From: Pseudomonadota bacterium
GTDB taxonomy: Bacteria; Pseudomonadota; Alphaproteobacteria; Rhizobiales; Rhizobiaceae
DNA: 64,000 nucleotides
NCBI GenBank assembly: GCA_023399465.1
Contig: JAEWPB010000020.1
Span: 22,380 to 86,379, forward strand
Direction: 5' to 3'
The notes below the pieces were generated by a model that was given only the letters and a program-made list of their open reading frames with translations, was not told the DNA's origin and did not search any database. Position numbers and translations under genes: made by a program. The stretch's first letter is position 1. Each line of letters begins with the position of its first letter. Below, piece after piece: positions 1 through 9,670 of the stretch.

Positions 1-498
1 CATGACGATGAACAGCTGATAGCCCCAGAAGACGAACCACGGCAGGTTGCCGCCCCACAGGCGTGCGCGCGACGTGCGCTGGACGACATAGAATGAAGTC
101 GCGATCAGCGCGTTGCCACCGAAGGCGAAGATCACCGCCGAGGTGTGCAGCGGACGAACCCGGCCGAAGGTCAGGAACGGCTCGAAGTTGAGCTGCGGGA
201 ACGCCAGCTGAGCGGCGACCACGACGCCGACCAGGAAGCCGACGACGCCCCAGAACACCGTGGCGATGACGCCATAGCGAATGACGTCATCGAAATACTC
301 GGACTTCGGCGACGAAGCCGCCTTCACACCGGCCGGCGCAAAGGAGACCCGGCGAAGCATGAAGATCGAGCTCGCGAGCAACACAAAGAACAGGACCCAC
401 ATATGGGCCTGGAAAAGGCTGTCATGGGCGAAGGCCGCCCCGAGCAGCGCGACAAAGGCGCCAAGCACCAGTGCCATGGTTTCTATCGGATAGTTCAT
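1..498 (-). CDS. fixN: cytochrome cbb3 oxidase subunit I (CcoN/FixN), first 166 codons; the gene runs off the left window edge
   Basis: Absent from the ORF track because it is open at the edge. Reverse-strand translation from the ATG (rc of 496-498) reads [41 protein letters not shown]...[55 protein letters not shown]. This is the conserved N-terminal membrane region of CcoN. An FNR/FixK box lies 113 nt upstream. Confidence 0.85.
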   Translation of the reverse strand, partial: MNYPIETMALVLGAFVALLGAAFAHDSLFQAHMWVLFFVLLASSIFMLRRVSFAPAGVKAASSPKSEYFDDVIRYGVIATVFWGVVGFLVGVVVAAQLAFPQLNFEPFLTFGRVRPLHTSAVIFAFGGNALIATSFYVVQRTSRARLWGGNLPWFVFWGYQLFIVM

Positions 499-610
499 CG
501 TTGGATTTCCCCCAACCGCGGTAAAAAAAACATTTTTGAGTAGCCACCTCGACCGATGGCAGAGCCCTCTCTGTCTTGTGCAGGATTGGCATCATCGATT
601 GCAACCCACC

Positions 611-624
611 TTGATATAGATCAA
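611..624. promoter_or_regulatory. FNR/FixK-type anaerobox TTGATATAGATCAA (perfect TTGAT-N4-ATCAA palindrome)
   Basis: Read directly at 611-624. It sits between divergent fixN (start 498, minus) and the hemerythrin-like gene (start 710, plus). An fnrN gene is present in the same window. Confidence 0.8.
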
Positions 625-709
625 TGCGAGAATGGCCCGATGACATGAACATGCAACCAAGAGGGAAATTGGCTGCGCCGGATTGCCGCATGCCATAGGA
701 GACACGGAT

Positions 710-1210
710 ATGTTGAAAGAAACGCTAACTCCAGCGACCGCTGAAAGTCGCCCCGCCGAGGCAGCGCGACCACTTTCCTGGCTTCATGACGCCCACCGCG
801 AGCATCTGGCGCTCTGTCAGGAACTGGAGGAAATCGCCGATTCGCTCCCCTCGAGCGTCAACCGGCAGAAGTGCATCTTCGCCGCCAAGGCTCTGGGTCC
901 GTCGATCCGCGAAATGCAGCATTACGAAGAGACCTTCCTCTATCCGTGGCTGAAGAAGGCAAGCTCCGATCCCGACTTCGACAACACGCTCGAGCGGCTG
1001 AAGTTCGAACATTTCGAGGACATGTGCTTTGCGGAGGAACTGACCGACATCCTGCTGAAGCTCGGCGCGGGTGCGAGCGTCAATACCGAGGCTGTCGGCT
1101 ACATGCTGCGCGGCTATTTCGAGACTGTGCGTCGCCACATCGCCTTTGAACGCGACCATCTGCTGAAGGGCGTCCCCGAGGACACCCTGATCCCTGCGGC
1201 CGCCGGCTGA
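710..1210 (+). CDS. hemerythrin-like (HHE cation-binding) domain protein
   Basis: ORF 683..1210 starts at a TTG. The ATG at 710 is preceded by AGGAGA (696-701). Repeated His/Glu motifs (HREHLALC, HYEETFLYP, EHFED, RRHIAFERDHL) are typical of hemerythrin HHE domains. Confidence 0.65.
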   Translation: MLKETLTPATAESRPAEAARPLSWLHDAHREHLALCQELEEIADSLPSSVNRQKCIFAAKALGPSIREMQHYEETFLYPWLKKASSDPDFDNTLERLKFEHFEDMCFAEELTDILLKLGAGASVNTEAVGYMLRGYFETVRRHIAFERDHLLKGVPEDTLIPAAAG

Positions 1211-1450
1211 GGAGCCGCTTCGGTCCGCAAGCGCGCCGGCACGCTCTGGTTGAGGGCAAAGGTCCCCTTTTCCTACTCCCAAAGTACATCCCGCTGCGAT
1301 TTTGCCGCTCTTGAGCTGGGAAGTTTGGGATGTCAGCTTGAATTCAGCCAGCGGAAACGGCTATCTACAGCCGCCGGTCACGGTTTCGCAGTTTCCGAGC
1401 GGCGTCGCCGGTTTCATGGAAAAGATGCACAGCCACTCAAGGAGACGGGC

Positions 1451-2137
1451 ATGACGGAGACCGTTGAGCATTTTGGCGTCGAGTTGCGACTCGATCCCAA
1501 GTACATGTCCGAGAAGATGATCGGGATCATCCGCGCGAAGCGCTACGAAGTCGAGGAAGCCCGGCACATCCAGAGATTTCTCGCGCAGGACGAGGTCGTT
1601 CTCGAAATCGGCGCCGGTATCGGTTTCGTCGCGACCCTGCTCGCGAAGAACCCGCTGACGAAGCGGGTCGTGTCCTACGAAGCCAACCCCCTTCTCATCG
1701 ATTGCTTCAAGGAAACGGTGTCGGCAAATCTTACCCCCGCCGAGATGGAACGGGTGGAGATTCGCAATGCGGTGCTCAAGACCGGCCACGCAGAGGGGAC
1801 CGTGGATTTCTATATCCATAGCGAATTCTGGGCATCATCGCTCCTGCCCTTCGAGGGTGCGGAGAGGGTCGAAAAGGTCAAGCTCGAGAACTTCAACGCG
1901 GTCGTCGCGGAGATCCGCCCGACATTGATCGTCTGCGACATCGAGGGCGGCGAGCTGGAGCTCTTCAGGAATGCCGACCTCACCGGCGTGAAGAAGGTCT
2001 ATCTCGAGGCTCACCAGAAGCTGCTGGGGCGACGTGGCATGAAATCGCTGTTCGAGATCTTCCATGCCCGCGACTTCCACTACGACCAGCACCATTCCGA
2101 GCGCAGTGTTATCCTGTTCTCCCACGTCGATCGCTAG
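1451..2137 (+). CDS. FkbM-family SAM-dependent methyltransferase
   Basis: ORF 1250..2137, with the ATG at 1451 after AAGGAGA. Contains the glycine-rich SAM loop EIGAGIGFVA and the VCDIEGGELELF motif characteristic of FkbM-type methyltransferases. Confidence 0.7.
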   Translation: MTETVEHFGVELRLDPKYMSEKMIGIIRAKRYEVEEARHIQRFLAQDEVVLEIGAGIGFVATLLAKNPLTKRVVSYEANPLLIDCFKETVSANLTPAEMERVEIRNAVLKTGHAEGTVDFYIHSEFWASSLLPFEGAERVEKVKLENFNAVVAEIRPTLIVCDIEGGELELFRNADLTGVKKVYLEAHQKLLGRRGMKSLFEIFHARDFHYDQHHSERSVILFSHVDR

Positions 2138-2180
2138 CCGAAGCCATCACGAGTACACACGGAGAAGGCGCGTGTCCCCT

Positions 2181-2969
2181 TCACGCGGCGAGAACGCTCG
2201 CCGTGAGACAGGCTTCGTGCAGGTGGATGGTCGCGCCCACCACCTCCTCGTTCGAGCCGCGCAGCGGCGTCATGCGACAACGGATCGTCTCGGTTGCCCC
2301 GCCCTCGCCCTGCCTGTCGTAAAGGTAGTCGCTGGCCTCACCCGCAAAACAGCGATCAAGCCTGGGCTTCGCCCGCTCCATGAAACGCTGGGGCCCGACG
2401 AACTCCATGACATGGCGTCCGACAAGCTCGAACTTGCTTTTCCCGAGATGGGCGCAATTAACCGGGTTCGAATAGAGATAGCGATAGTCGCGGGTGACCA
2501 CCGCAACCCGATCGGGGAGACTGTCGAGAATCACCTCGTTGAGAAGACTGTCATCAGCCGGACGCGGCTGCACATTCGGGCGTCGACCGTCGGGCAAAGC
2601 ATCCGGCATGCCCGCATCGGCGACGATCGACGGGAAATAGCGATCCAGCAGGACCGCCAAGGCCGCGGCATACCTGCTCACGCTGGAGCGGTCGTCACCA
2701 GCGGCGAGGATGAGGCTGTTGACGAACTGAAGTTGCACGTAGATCTCGAAGGCGTTGCCGGCCCCGTGGGCGAGGATCGTCGCGACCAGCGGCTCGATCT
2801 CGCGGTCGAGCAGGCGGACGAGGCCGTCATCTCCCGACCGGATAGCCTGCTGCAATTGTGCGCACTTGAAGGAATAGGTTTCGACGAATGCAAGCAAGCT
2901 CTTTCCCCCAGAACGAGATTGCGCGGAATGCACCGTTGCATCCCTTGTCCGACTCGATAGCAGCGTCAA
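2181..2969 (-). CDS. PAS-domain protein without a recognisable output domain (paralog 1)
   Basis: 262-aa ORF starting at TTG 2969; the true start is uncertain. It has an N-terminal helical region (CAQLQQAIRSGDDGLVRLLDREIEPL) and a C-terminal PAS-like fold (RVAVVTRDYRYLYSNPVNCAHLGKSKFELVGRHVMEFVG...CRMTPLRG). It aligns along its length with the product of 3070..3810. Confidence 0.6.
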   Translation of the reverse strand: MTLLSSRTRDATVHSAQSRSGGKSLLAFVETYSFKCAQLQQAIRSGDDGLVRLLDREIEPLVATILAHGAGNAFEIYVQLQFVNSLILAAGDDRSSVSRYAAALAVLLDRYFPSIVADAGMPDALPDGRRPNVQPRPADDSLLNEVILDSLPDRVAVVTRDYRYLYSNPVNCAHLGKSKFELVGRHVMEFVGPQRFMERAKPRLDRCFAGEASDYLYDRQGEGGATETIRCRMTPLRGSNEEVVGATIHLHEACLTASVLAA

Positions 2970-3069
2970 GGTGAACGAGCTGTTAACGAATCGGGGCGAT
3001 TTCTTGCCGTGGCATCGCGAACATTGTGCCGAAACGATACGGATCCCGCAGGTTTCGCGGGGCGGACAG

Positions 3070-3810
3070 CTAGCGCGCTCTGGTGCGGCGGCGATCGGCC
3101 ATTTCCTTCATGACCAGCAAGGCCCCGATCATCTCGCGTTCCTGCGAATAGCACGGCGTCATCTGGCACTGGATGACGACGGTCCGGTCATCGATCTCCG
3201 CCGCATAGGTGTAGTCGACGATATTGCCCTGGAAGCAGTGCTCCAGCTTTTCCTTCATGCCGAGGCGAAAGCGGTGGAGCCCGACGAGCTCGGCGATATG
3301 CTGGCCGACCAGATCCGCCGGCGCCGCATGGAGCCTTGCCGCATTGACCGAGTTGGTAAACATCACCCGGAAGCTCGGCGCGACCACGACCACCCTGTCG
3401 GCGATCGCCTCCAGCCTCTCCGTATCGAGATCGCCGTGAACCAGTGCCGAACTGTAGGAAGACACATCCTGGTCTTCGTCCATCTCGAGCGGCAGTGCTG
3501 CGTGGGCACCCGGCAGGATGTATCGCTCGACCAGTGCCTGAAGATGCGTGAGATGCCGCGCGATGCAGCTGATATCGTCGGCTTCCTTCTTCATCAGGTC
3601 GATCGCCAGCTGGAACTGCAGCCGCATTTCCATGGCATTCAGCGCCTTGTGCCCGATGACACCGTAGAGGAGCGAGTTCAGCTCGCGGTCGATCCGATCG
3701 CTGAGAGCGTCATTGCCGGTGCCGACAGCCTGCTGCAACTGCGCATACTTGCACCAAAATTGCTCGATTCGTTTCTTCAAACTAGCACTCCGAAGGGGAG
3801 CCGATTTCAT
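3070..3810 (-). CDS. PAS-domain protein without a recognisable output domain (paralog 2)
   Basis: ORF 3070..3813, with TTG at 3813 and ATG at 3810. Same architecture as 2181..2969 (YAQLQQAVGTGNDALSDRIDRELNSL ... RVVVVAPSFRVMFTNSVNAARLHAAPADLVGQHIAELVG...CQMTPCYS). Confidence 0.6.
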   Translation of the reverse strand: MKSAPLRSASLKKRIEQFWCKYAQLQQAVGTGNDALSDRIDRELNSLLYGVIGHKALNAMEMRLQFQLAIDLMKKEADDISCIARHLTHLQALVERYILPGAHAALPLEMDEDQDVSSYSSALVHGDLDTERLEAIADRVVVVAPSFRVMFTNSVNAARLHAAPADLVGQHIAELVGLHRFRLGMKEKLEHCFQGNIVDYTYAAEIDDRTVVIQCQMTPCYSQEREMIGALLVMKEMADRRRTRAR

Positions 3811-4031
3811 CAAACGGACACCACCTCATTCCTGTGCCGCGCATCATGCCCGGAATTATGATCCGGTCACCATGCCCAAAACAGCCTTGAGCATTCTATC
3901 GTCTGCCATGCGCCGGGGATGTGACCCATGAGCGGATCATAGACGCAATCCATAAAGGATCGCTAAACGAAACTGCGTGTGCGTTTCAAATCGCGCCGGC
4001 TTCGACCGGGCCGAGCCCGGCCGGGCGGCGG

Positions 4032-4955
4032 CTACAAGCTGTTCTTGATGTCCCAGCGGTCGTGGTACCACAACCATTGCTCGGGATATTCGCGCACCCA
4101 GCTCTCGACCTTGTCGTTGAGCAGTTGCGCCGTCGCATTGACGTCGATCTGGCCGGCCTCGTTGCGCGGCAACTCGACCTTCGGCTCGATCTCCAGACGG
4201 TAGCGGTTCCCCGGGAGACGAATGCATCGCGCCGGATAGACGTCGCAGTTGAACTGGCGGGCAAGCTTGGCGAGCAGCGGGTTGGTGTGGACATCACGGC
4301 CGAAGAACTTTGTCGTCAGCCCCTTGCGGAACTTCTGGTCGACAAGCACGCCGACGCCGCCGCCGGCCTCGAGCTGGCGCGCCAGCGCAAAGGACGAACC
4401 GGCATGGGACGGCACGAGCTTGCCCATGCGGGCGGCCCGGAACTGGTAGACCTTGTCGGCGATGTAGGGATTGTTCGGCGGCCGGAACAGCACCGTCACG
4501 TAAAGGCCGAACGCCGCGCCCGCGACCGGCAGCAACTCGAAATTGCCGGTATGGCCGGTGAACACGATGAACGGCCGCGGATTGTCACGCAGGTCGAGGA
4601 AGAGCGGAATACCGGACACCTCGATGCGCCCCTCGCCTTCCCGGTAGGGATCGAAATCGAAGAGTTTGTCGAGGAAGACATATTCGGCGGCAAGCCGGCC
4701 CATGTTTCCCCAGCTGCCAAGCGCGATCTCCTCGATCTCGGCGTCGCTCTTGTCGGGAAAGGCATTGCGCAGGTTGGTCAGCATCAGCTTGTGCCGGCGC
4801 GTCTTCGGCCCGATCCACCGGGTCAGACGGTCGGCGAAATTGATCGCCGCGTCGGCCGGGAAGATCTTCAGGAAGTTGAGCAGGCCGAAAGCCAGCTGCG
4901 CGACAAGCCATTGTTGCAGCTTGCGCGCGGCCAGCACGATACGGGTAATCAGCAT
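4032..4955 (-). CDS. lpxXL: lipid A late acyltransferase for the very-long-chain fatty acid (LpxL/HtrB family)
   Basis: ORF 4032..5126. The internal ATG at 4955 lies just downstream of the stop of the preceding gene (4967). Contains the HTGNFE (H-x4-E) acyltransferase motif and the C-terminus YPEQWLWYHDRWD. It is the last gene of the acpXL cluster in the order known from rhizobia. Confidence 0.8.
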   Translation of the reverse strand: MLITRIVLAARKLQQWLVAQLAFGLLNFLKIFPADAAINFADRLTRWIGPKTRRHKLMLTNLRNAFPDKSDAEIEEIALGSWGNMGRLAAEYVFLDKLFDFDPYREGEGRIEVSGIPLFLDLRDNPRPFIVFTGHTGNFELLPVAGAAFGLYVTVLFRPPNNPYIADKVYQFRAARMGKLVPSHAGSSFALARQLEAGGGVGVLVDQKFRKGLTTKFFGRDVHTNPLLAKLARQFNCDVYPARCIRLPGNRYRLEIEPKVELPRNEAGQIDVNATAQLLNDKVESWVREYPEQWLWYHDRWDIKNSL

Positions 4956-4966
4956 CTTCAAGGCGG

Positions 4967-5995
4967 TCAGTCCATCCGCAGTACGATCTTGCCGAACACC
5001 TGCCGGGTCTCCATGCGCTCGAGCGCACGGCCGATGTCCTCGAAACGGACTTCGGTATCGATCACCGGATGCACGAGCCCGCGACCCATCTTCTGCATGG
5101 CGTTGGCCATGTTCTCCATCCGGCAACCGAAGGAGCCGAAGAGCTTCAGCTGCTGCTGGAACAGCATCATCAGGTTCATTTCGGTGGAAACGCCCGAGGT
5201 GGAGCCGCAGGTAACGAGGCGGCCGCCGCGCTTGAGCACGAACATGGAGCCTGCCCAGGTGTCCTTGCCGACATGCTCGAAGACGACGTCGACGCCCTTC
5301 TTCTTGGTCAGCTTGCGAACCACGCCTTCAAAGCGGTCGGTACGGTAGTTGATGACGTGATCGGCGCCGAGGGCCTTGCATCGCTCGATCTTGTCGTCCG
5401 AACCGACCGTGGTGATGACGGTGCAGCCGATCTTCTTGGCCAGCTGGATCGCAGCCGTGCCGATGCCGGAACCACCGGCATGAACGAGGATGGTCTCGCC
5501 CGGCTCGAGCTTGGCGTTGTCGAACAGCATGTGCTCGACCGTGCCGAAGGTGACCGGCGCCAGAGCCGCGCCGACGGCATCGACCCCGGGAGGAGCGGGA
5601 ACCAGCAGGCGGGCCGGAAGATTGACCAGTTCCTGCGCGAAGCCGTCAAGGTGGAAGCCGTGAACGCCGCCGACATGTTCGCACAGGTTGTCGCGGCCTT
5701 CGCGGCACGGACGGCAAAGGCCGCAGGTGCGCGCGCCGTAGATCGAAACCAGCTGGCCGGGCAGCACGTTGGCAACACCCGGGCCGATGGTCTCGACGAC
5801 GCCGGATGCCTCGGCGCCGATGACGAGCGGCATCTTGCGCTTGGCAAACGCCATGCCGCGCCAGCCCCATACGTCGATGTGGTTGAGCGCCACAGCCTTG
5901 ACCCGCAGCGTAACTTCGCCGGGACCCGGAGCCTCCGGCGCGGGCAGGTCGGTGATTTCAAGCTTGCGATCGTCGATCAGTTGCAGAGCGCGCAT
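4967..5995 (-). CDS. adhA2XL: zinc-type alcohol dehydrogenase (MDR family) of the acpXL cluster
   Basis: ORF 4967..6034, likely starting at ATG 5995 (MRALQLIDD...). Contains the structural-zinc Cys cluster CGLCRPCREGRDNLC and the nucleotide loop GGSGIGTAAIQLAK. Confidence 0.75.
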   Translation of the reverse strand: MRALQLIDDRKLEITDLPAPEAPGPGEVTLRVKAVALNHIDVWGWRGMAFAKRKMPLVIGAEASGVVETIGPGVANVLPGQLVSIYGARTCGLCRPCREGRDNLCEHVGGVHGFHLDGFAQELVNLPARLLVPAPPGVDAVGAALAPVTFGTVEHMLFDNAKLEPGETILVHAGGSGIGTAAIQLAKKIGCTVITTVGSDDKIERCKALGADHVINYRTDRFEGVVRKLTKKKGVDVVFEHVGKDTWAGSMFVLKRGGRLVTCGSTSGVSTEMNLMMLFQQQLKLFGSFGCRMENMANAMQKMGRGLVHPVIDTEVRFEDIGRALERMETRQVFGKIVLRMD

Positions 5996-6050
5996 GGCAA
6001 AAGTCCCTCGCCCGAAGGCGTCATCGGTTTTCAAATGGATCGGGAGCCGA

Positions 6051-7337
6051 TTAGGCCGGTTCCCGGGTCATGACAAGGCTTGCGTTCTGTCCGCCGAAGC
6101 CGAAGGAGTTCGAGAGCACGGCAGAAACCTGCTGCTCGCGCTTCACGTTCGGAACGACGTCGAGTTCGATCGTCGGGTCCGGATTGGTGTAGTTGATCGT
6201 CGGCGGCAGGACGCCGGTCAGCATCGTCTGAATCGAGAACACCGCTTCGACGGCGCCGGCAGCGGTCAGCGTATGACCGATCATCGACTTGTTCGAAGAG
6301 ACCGGAATCCCCTTCAGCGCGTCACCGAAGACCGCCGACATTGAGAGGTACTCCATCTTGTCGTTTTCAGGCGTCGAGGTGCCGTGGGCGTTGATATAGC
6401 CGATGCCTTCCTCGGCCATGCCCGCATCGGCCAATGCCGCGCGGATCGTGGCGATCGCAGGTCCCCCGTCGGGCGACGAGCGGGTACGATGGAAGTGGTC
6501 GGCCTTTTCGCCGCAGCCCTTCAGGATGCCGAGCACGCGGGCGCCGCGCGCGACGGCCGATTCCAGAGATTCCAGCACCAGCGTTGCCGCACCTTCGGCG
6601 ATGACGAAACCATCGCGATCCTTGCTGAACGGCTTCGATGCCTTTTCCGGCGGATCGTTCTGGGTCGACAGGGCCGAAAGCAGCGCAAAGCGGATCAGCG
6701 CCTCGGCGCTGACTGAACCGTCGGTCGCAACCGTCAACGCACGGTCGGTACGCCCCTGGCGGATGGCCTCGACGCCGAGCTGGATCGCGGTCGCGCCCGA
6801 AGCGCAGGCCGTCGACAGCGTCACCGGCAGGCCGCGGGTGCCGAAGCGATCGGCAAGCCGCTCCGAGATCGCGCCGAAAAGGCTCGCTTCATGGAAGACC
6901 GGGTCGGCCTTGACGCGCATGGCAGCGAGGAAGCGATCATAGGCGTCGCCATCGCGGGTCGACGGCGGCGAACGATCGGCAAGATCGAAGCGAGCGCTCC
7001 ATTCCGGCTCGATCGGCGGCGCGGCCAGGAACAGCGGGCCGTTGAAATCGCCGGAGATCCCGGCCTGCGCCAGCGCTTCGGCGGTCGTTTCGCGGGCGAA
7101 GGCATAGGAGCGCTCGACCGCGTTCGCAACCGGAATGTCGATGAAATCGACGGTACCGCAGATGCGGGTGGAAAGCCCCTCGGTCGGGAACCGGTTGATC
7201 GCGTGGATGCCGGATACGCCCGATGTCAGCGCCGTCCAGTTGTCGGTGAGCCCCTGGCCCAGCGACGTGAGGACGCCCATGCCGGTCACCGCAACGATCG
7301 GGCGGCCGAGGTGATCCTTGAAATGAGATGCTGTCAT
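6051..7337 (-). CDS. fabF1XL: beta-ketoacyl-ACP synthase II, catalytically complete
   Basis: 428 aa with the active-site LSTACASGATA and the His motifs NAHGTSTP and GHTLTAAG. Its position matches the rhizobial acpXL cluster. Confidence 0.85.
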   Translation of the reverse strand: MTASHFKDHLGRPIVAVTGMGVLTSLGQGLTDNWTALTSGVSGIHAINRFPTEGLSTRICGTVDFIDIPVANAVERSYAFARETTAEALAQAGISGDFNGPLFLAAPPIEPEWSARFDLADRSPPSTRDGDAYDRFLAAMRVKADPVFHEASLFGAISERLADRFGTRGLPVTLSTACASGATAIQLGVEAIRQGRTDRALTVATDGSVSAEALIRFALLSALSTQNDPPEKASKPFSKDRDGFVIAEGAATLVLESLESAVARGARVLGILKGCGEKADHFHRTRSSPDGGPAIATIRAALADAGMAEEGIGYINAHGTSTPENDKMEYLSMSAVFGDALKGIPVSSNKSMIGHTLTAAGAVEAVFSIQTMLTGVLPPTINYTNPDPTIELDVVPNVKREQQVSAVLSNSFGFGGQNASLVMTREPA

Positions 7338-7349
7338 ATCCTTGGCTCC

Positions 7350-8555
7350 TCAATCATTGGCCGTAAGCAGGGCAATGCCCTCGCCGCGCACATGGCCGAT
7401 CGTCGTCACCAGTGCGGCACGCGCGCCTTCAGCCATCGGCTTTTCGTGTTCGGGATCGAATGGCGGCACCTTGGCATGAGCGCCGACGGCCAGTGCGGCA
7501 AAGGCAAGCCCGAGCGGGAACTGTGCTTCCAGCCCGTGACCGGAGACGCCGCTATAGGCGCGAATGGCCGTCTCGGGGAAGCGACGCTCGAGCGAGCGCT
7601 TCTCGCGCGCGGCAAGATCGTGGAAACCGGTCGAACCGCAGAAGATCACGGTATCCCTGGAACCTGCACCGTCGGCACTCTTGTAGAGATGCTCGAGACG
7701 GTTTTCCAGCCTGCCCTCGTCGCGGTTGCCGCGATCGCCCTCGATCGCGTCGATCACCGCATAGATGCGGGCGCCGCGCGCCTCGGCATGGGCGCGCGAT
7801 TCCAGAACGAGGAACGCGCCGACCGATCCCATGATCATGCCGCCGCCGTCTTCCGGCTTGCGCGACCAGAACGGATGCCAATCGCCCCGCGAATGGCCCT
7901 GGAGCGATTCGATCAGCAGGATGAGATCGAGACGTTCCGCCGAAAACGCGCCGCCGACCAGCGTGTGGGTCGACTGCCCGGCCTTGATGCGGGCAAACGC
8001 GGTCTCGACCGCGGAAATGCCGGCGGCCTCTTCGCCCATGAAGGTCCGGGACGAACCGGTGACCTTGTGGACGATGGAGATGTTGCCTGCCAGAAGGTTG
8101 GAAAGCTGCGCCAGGAACAGCGTCGGCCGCAGTTCGGTCGTCAGCTTCTCGTTGAGAAGCAGCTCGCGGTCGTTGCGCTTCAGCCCTTCGTTGACGATCA
8201 TCGAATCGACGTTGATGTCGCGCTCGCCACCGCCGGCCGCGACGATCATGTCCATCGTGCCGCAGGCTTCGAGATCGTCCTTGAACCCGGCGTCATCGAG
8301 CGCGAGGCCCGCCGCGAACACACCGAGGCGCTGCCAGTTTTCCATCTGCCGCTGGTCGCCACGCTTGGGGATCTGCGCAGACCAGTCGATTTCAGGCAGC
8401 GGGTGAACCGGATAGGGCTGGAATTTCTCGGTTTCGATCCTGACCGCAGGCCCTGAAGGCGCCGTCAGCAGGGCGACATGCGGCTCGGTGCCGACACCCT
8501 GACAGGTCACGATACCGACGCCGGTAATCACCACGTCATTCTGTGATTTGCTCAT
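7350..8555 (-). CDS. fabF2XL: beta-ketoacyl-ACP synthase-like protein with a degenerate active site
   Basis: 401 aa with a KS fold (VVITGVGIVTCQGVG...). The position of the catalytic Cys reads FMGEEAAGISAVE and the first His motif reads FCGSTG. Its start overlaps the fabZXL stop by 4 nt. Confidence 0.75.
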   Translation of the reverse strand: MSKSQNDVVITGVGIVTCQGVGTEPHVALLTAPSGPAVRIETEKFQPYPVHPLPEIDWSAQIPKRGDQRQMENWQRLGVFAAGLALDDAGFKDDLEACGTMDMIVAAGGGERDINVDSMIVNEGLKRNDRELLLNEKLTTELRPTLFLAQLSNLLAGNISIVHKVTGSSRTFMGEEAAGISAVETAFARIKAGQSTHTLVGGAFSAERLDLILLIESLQGHSRGDWHPFWSRKPEDGGGMIMGSVGAFLVLESRAHAEARGARIYAVIDAIEGDRGNRDEGRLENRLEHLYKSADGAGSRDTVIFCGSTGFHDLAAREKRSLERRFPETAIRAYSGVSGHGLEAQFPLGLAFAALAVGAHAKVPPFDPEHEKPMAEGARAALVTTIGHVRGEGIALLTAND

Positions 8556-9043
8556 CCCTTGTCCTCTTGTCCTGCCGCTGCGGCAATCGCATCCATCAGT
8601 CCGACTTCGCCGGCGCGCTTGCGTACGATATCGGCCAGCGGAATTTCCTCGAACGGCATGGTGCGCAGCTTCAGTTGCGCGTCGCAGACCTTCTTGCCTG
8701 CAGACGTAATTTTCGCCTTGGTGACCGCGAACCCGGAGCCGTCATGTTCGAGAAACGCCTCGATGTCGAGCACCGCTTCCGGCTCGACGAAGGTGCGCAT
8801 CTTGGCGCCGTCGACCGACATCAGGAAAGGCATCGCCTTGAACCCGGTGGCGGCCAGCACCAGCATGCCGGATGCCTGCGCCATCGTTTCGATCAACAGC
8901 ACGCCGGGCACCAGCGGCATCCCCGGGAAATGGCCTTCGAATACGGGGCTTTTCGCCGGGACCACGGACTGGGCCTTAAGCCAGCCCTTGGCAAGATCCA
9001 CCGCGTCAACCCGATCGATCATCTGGAAGTATTCCAGCAACAT
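8552..9043 (-). CDS. fabZXL: 3-hydroxyacyl-ACP dehydratase (FabZ-like hotdog fold)
   Basis: ORF 8552..9106, with the ATG at 9043 (MLLEYFQMIDRVD...). Contains the motif FEGHFPGMPLVPGVLLIETMAQ. Confidence 0.8.
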   Translation of the reverse strand: MLLEYFQMIDRVDAVDLAKGWLKAQSVVPAKSPVFEGHFPGMPLVPGVLLIETMAQASGMLVLAATGFKAMPFLMSVDGAKMRTFVEPEAVLDIEAFLEHDGSGFAVTKAKITSAGKKVCDAQLKLRTMPFEEIPLADIVRKRAGEVGLMDAIAAAAGQEDKG

Positions 9044-9286
9044 GGGGACTCTCCAGGTCCTAGGCTTGGAACGCCGCCAGCCGGACCTCGATGTCCGCCG
9101 GACCAACCGCCCGAAGCTCTGTGCGCATGGCAGGCAGCACCCTATCCGGCTGCCGCGCCGCCTGCGTCGATTTCATTTTGCCGGTGCTTTCCGGACACCC
9201 GTCGCGAAACAAACTCCGGAAAAACACCAAAGCGCGCGTCGCGCCTGTCCGGCACGTCGCACGCTCGATAACTCGTCAACCGCGCT

Positions 9287-9565
9287 TCAGCCCTTGGCGG
9301 CCCGCAGTTCGTCAATCTTGGCACAGAGGTTTTTCAGCACGAAATACTCTTCCGTGGAAACCTTGCCTTCGTTGACTTCCTGGGTCCACTGCTCGAGCGG
9401 GATCTTGATGCCGAATTCCTTGTCGATGGCAAACACGATGTCAAGGAAGTCGAGGCTGTCGATGCCGAGGTCATCGATCGTATGGCTTTCCGGCGTAATC
9501 GTCTCACGATCGATTTCGCTCGTCTCCGCGATGATGTCGGCAACCTTGTCGAATGTAGCAGTCAC
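9287..9565 (-). CDS. acpXL: specialised acyl carrier protein for 27-OH-C28 lipid A acylation
   Basis: 92 aa with the phosphopantetheine site [14 protein letters not shown] and the longer C-terminus typical of AcpXL. It heads the fabZ/fabF/adh/lpxXL cluster. Confidence 0.85.
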
Positions 9566-9670
9566 GCCCTTACCTCTTCGAATGTCTATTCAGGTTTCCT
9601 CATAGGGAAATCCTGTCCAAAAGCCAATGGGGCTCGCTTCGCATTGCAAAAAATTGGACAACACTGTTGC

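Noticed and set aside
145-543. 132-aa plus-strand ORF and the overlapping ORFs 281..493 (plus strand) and 422..691 (minus strand) at the left edge.
   Set aside because: They lie opposite or out of frame to the clearly recognisable fixN N-terminus, which is open at the window edge and therefore missing from the ORF track.
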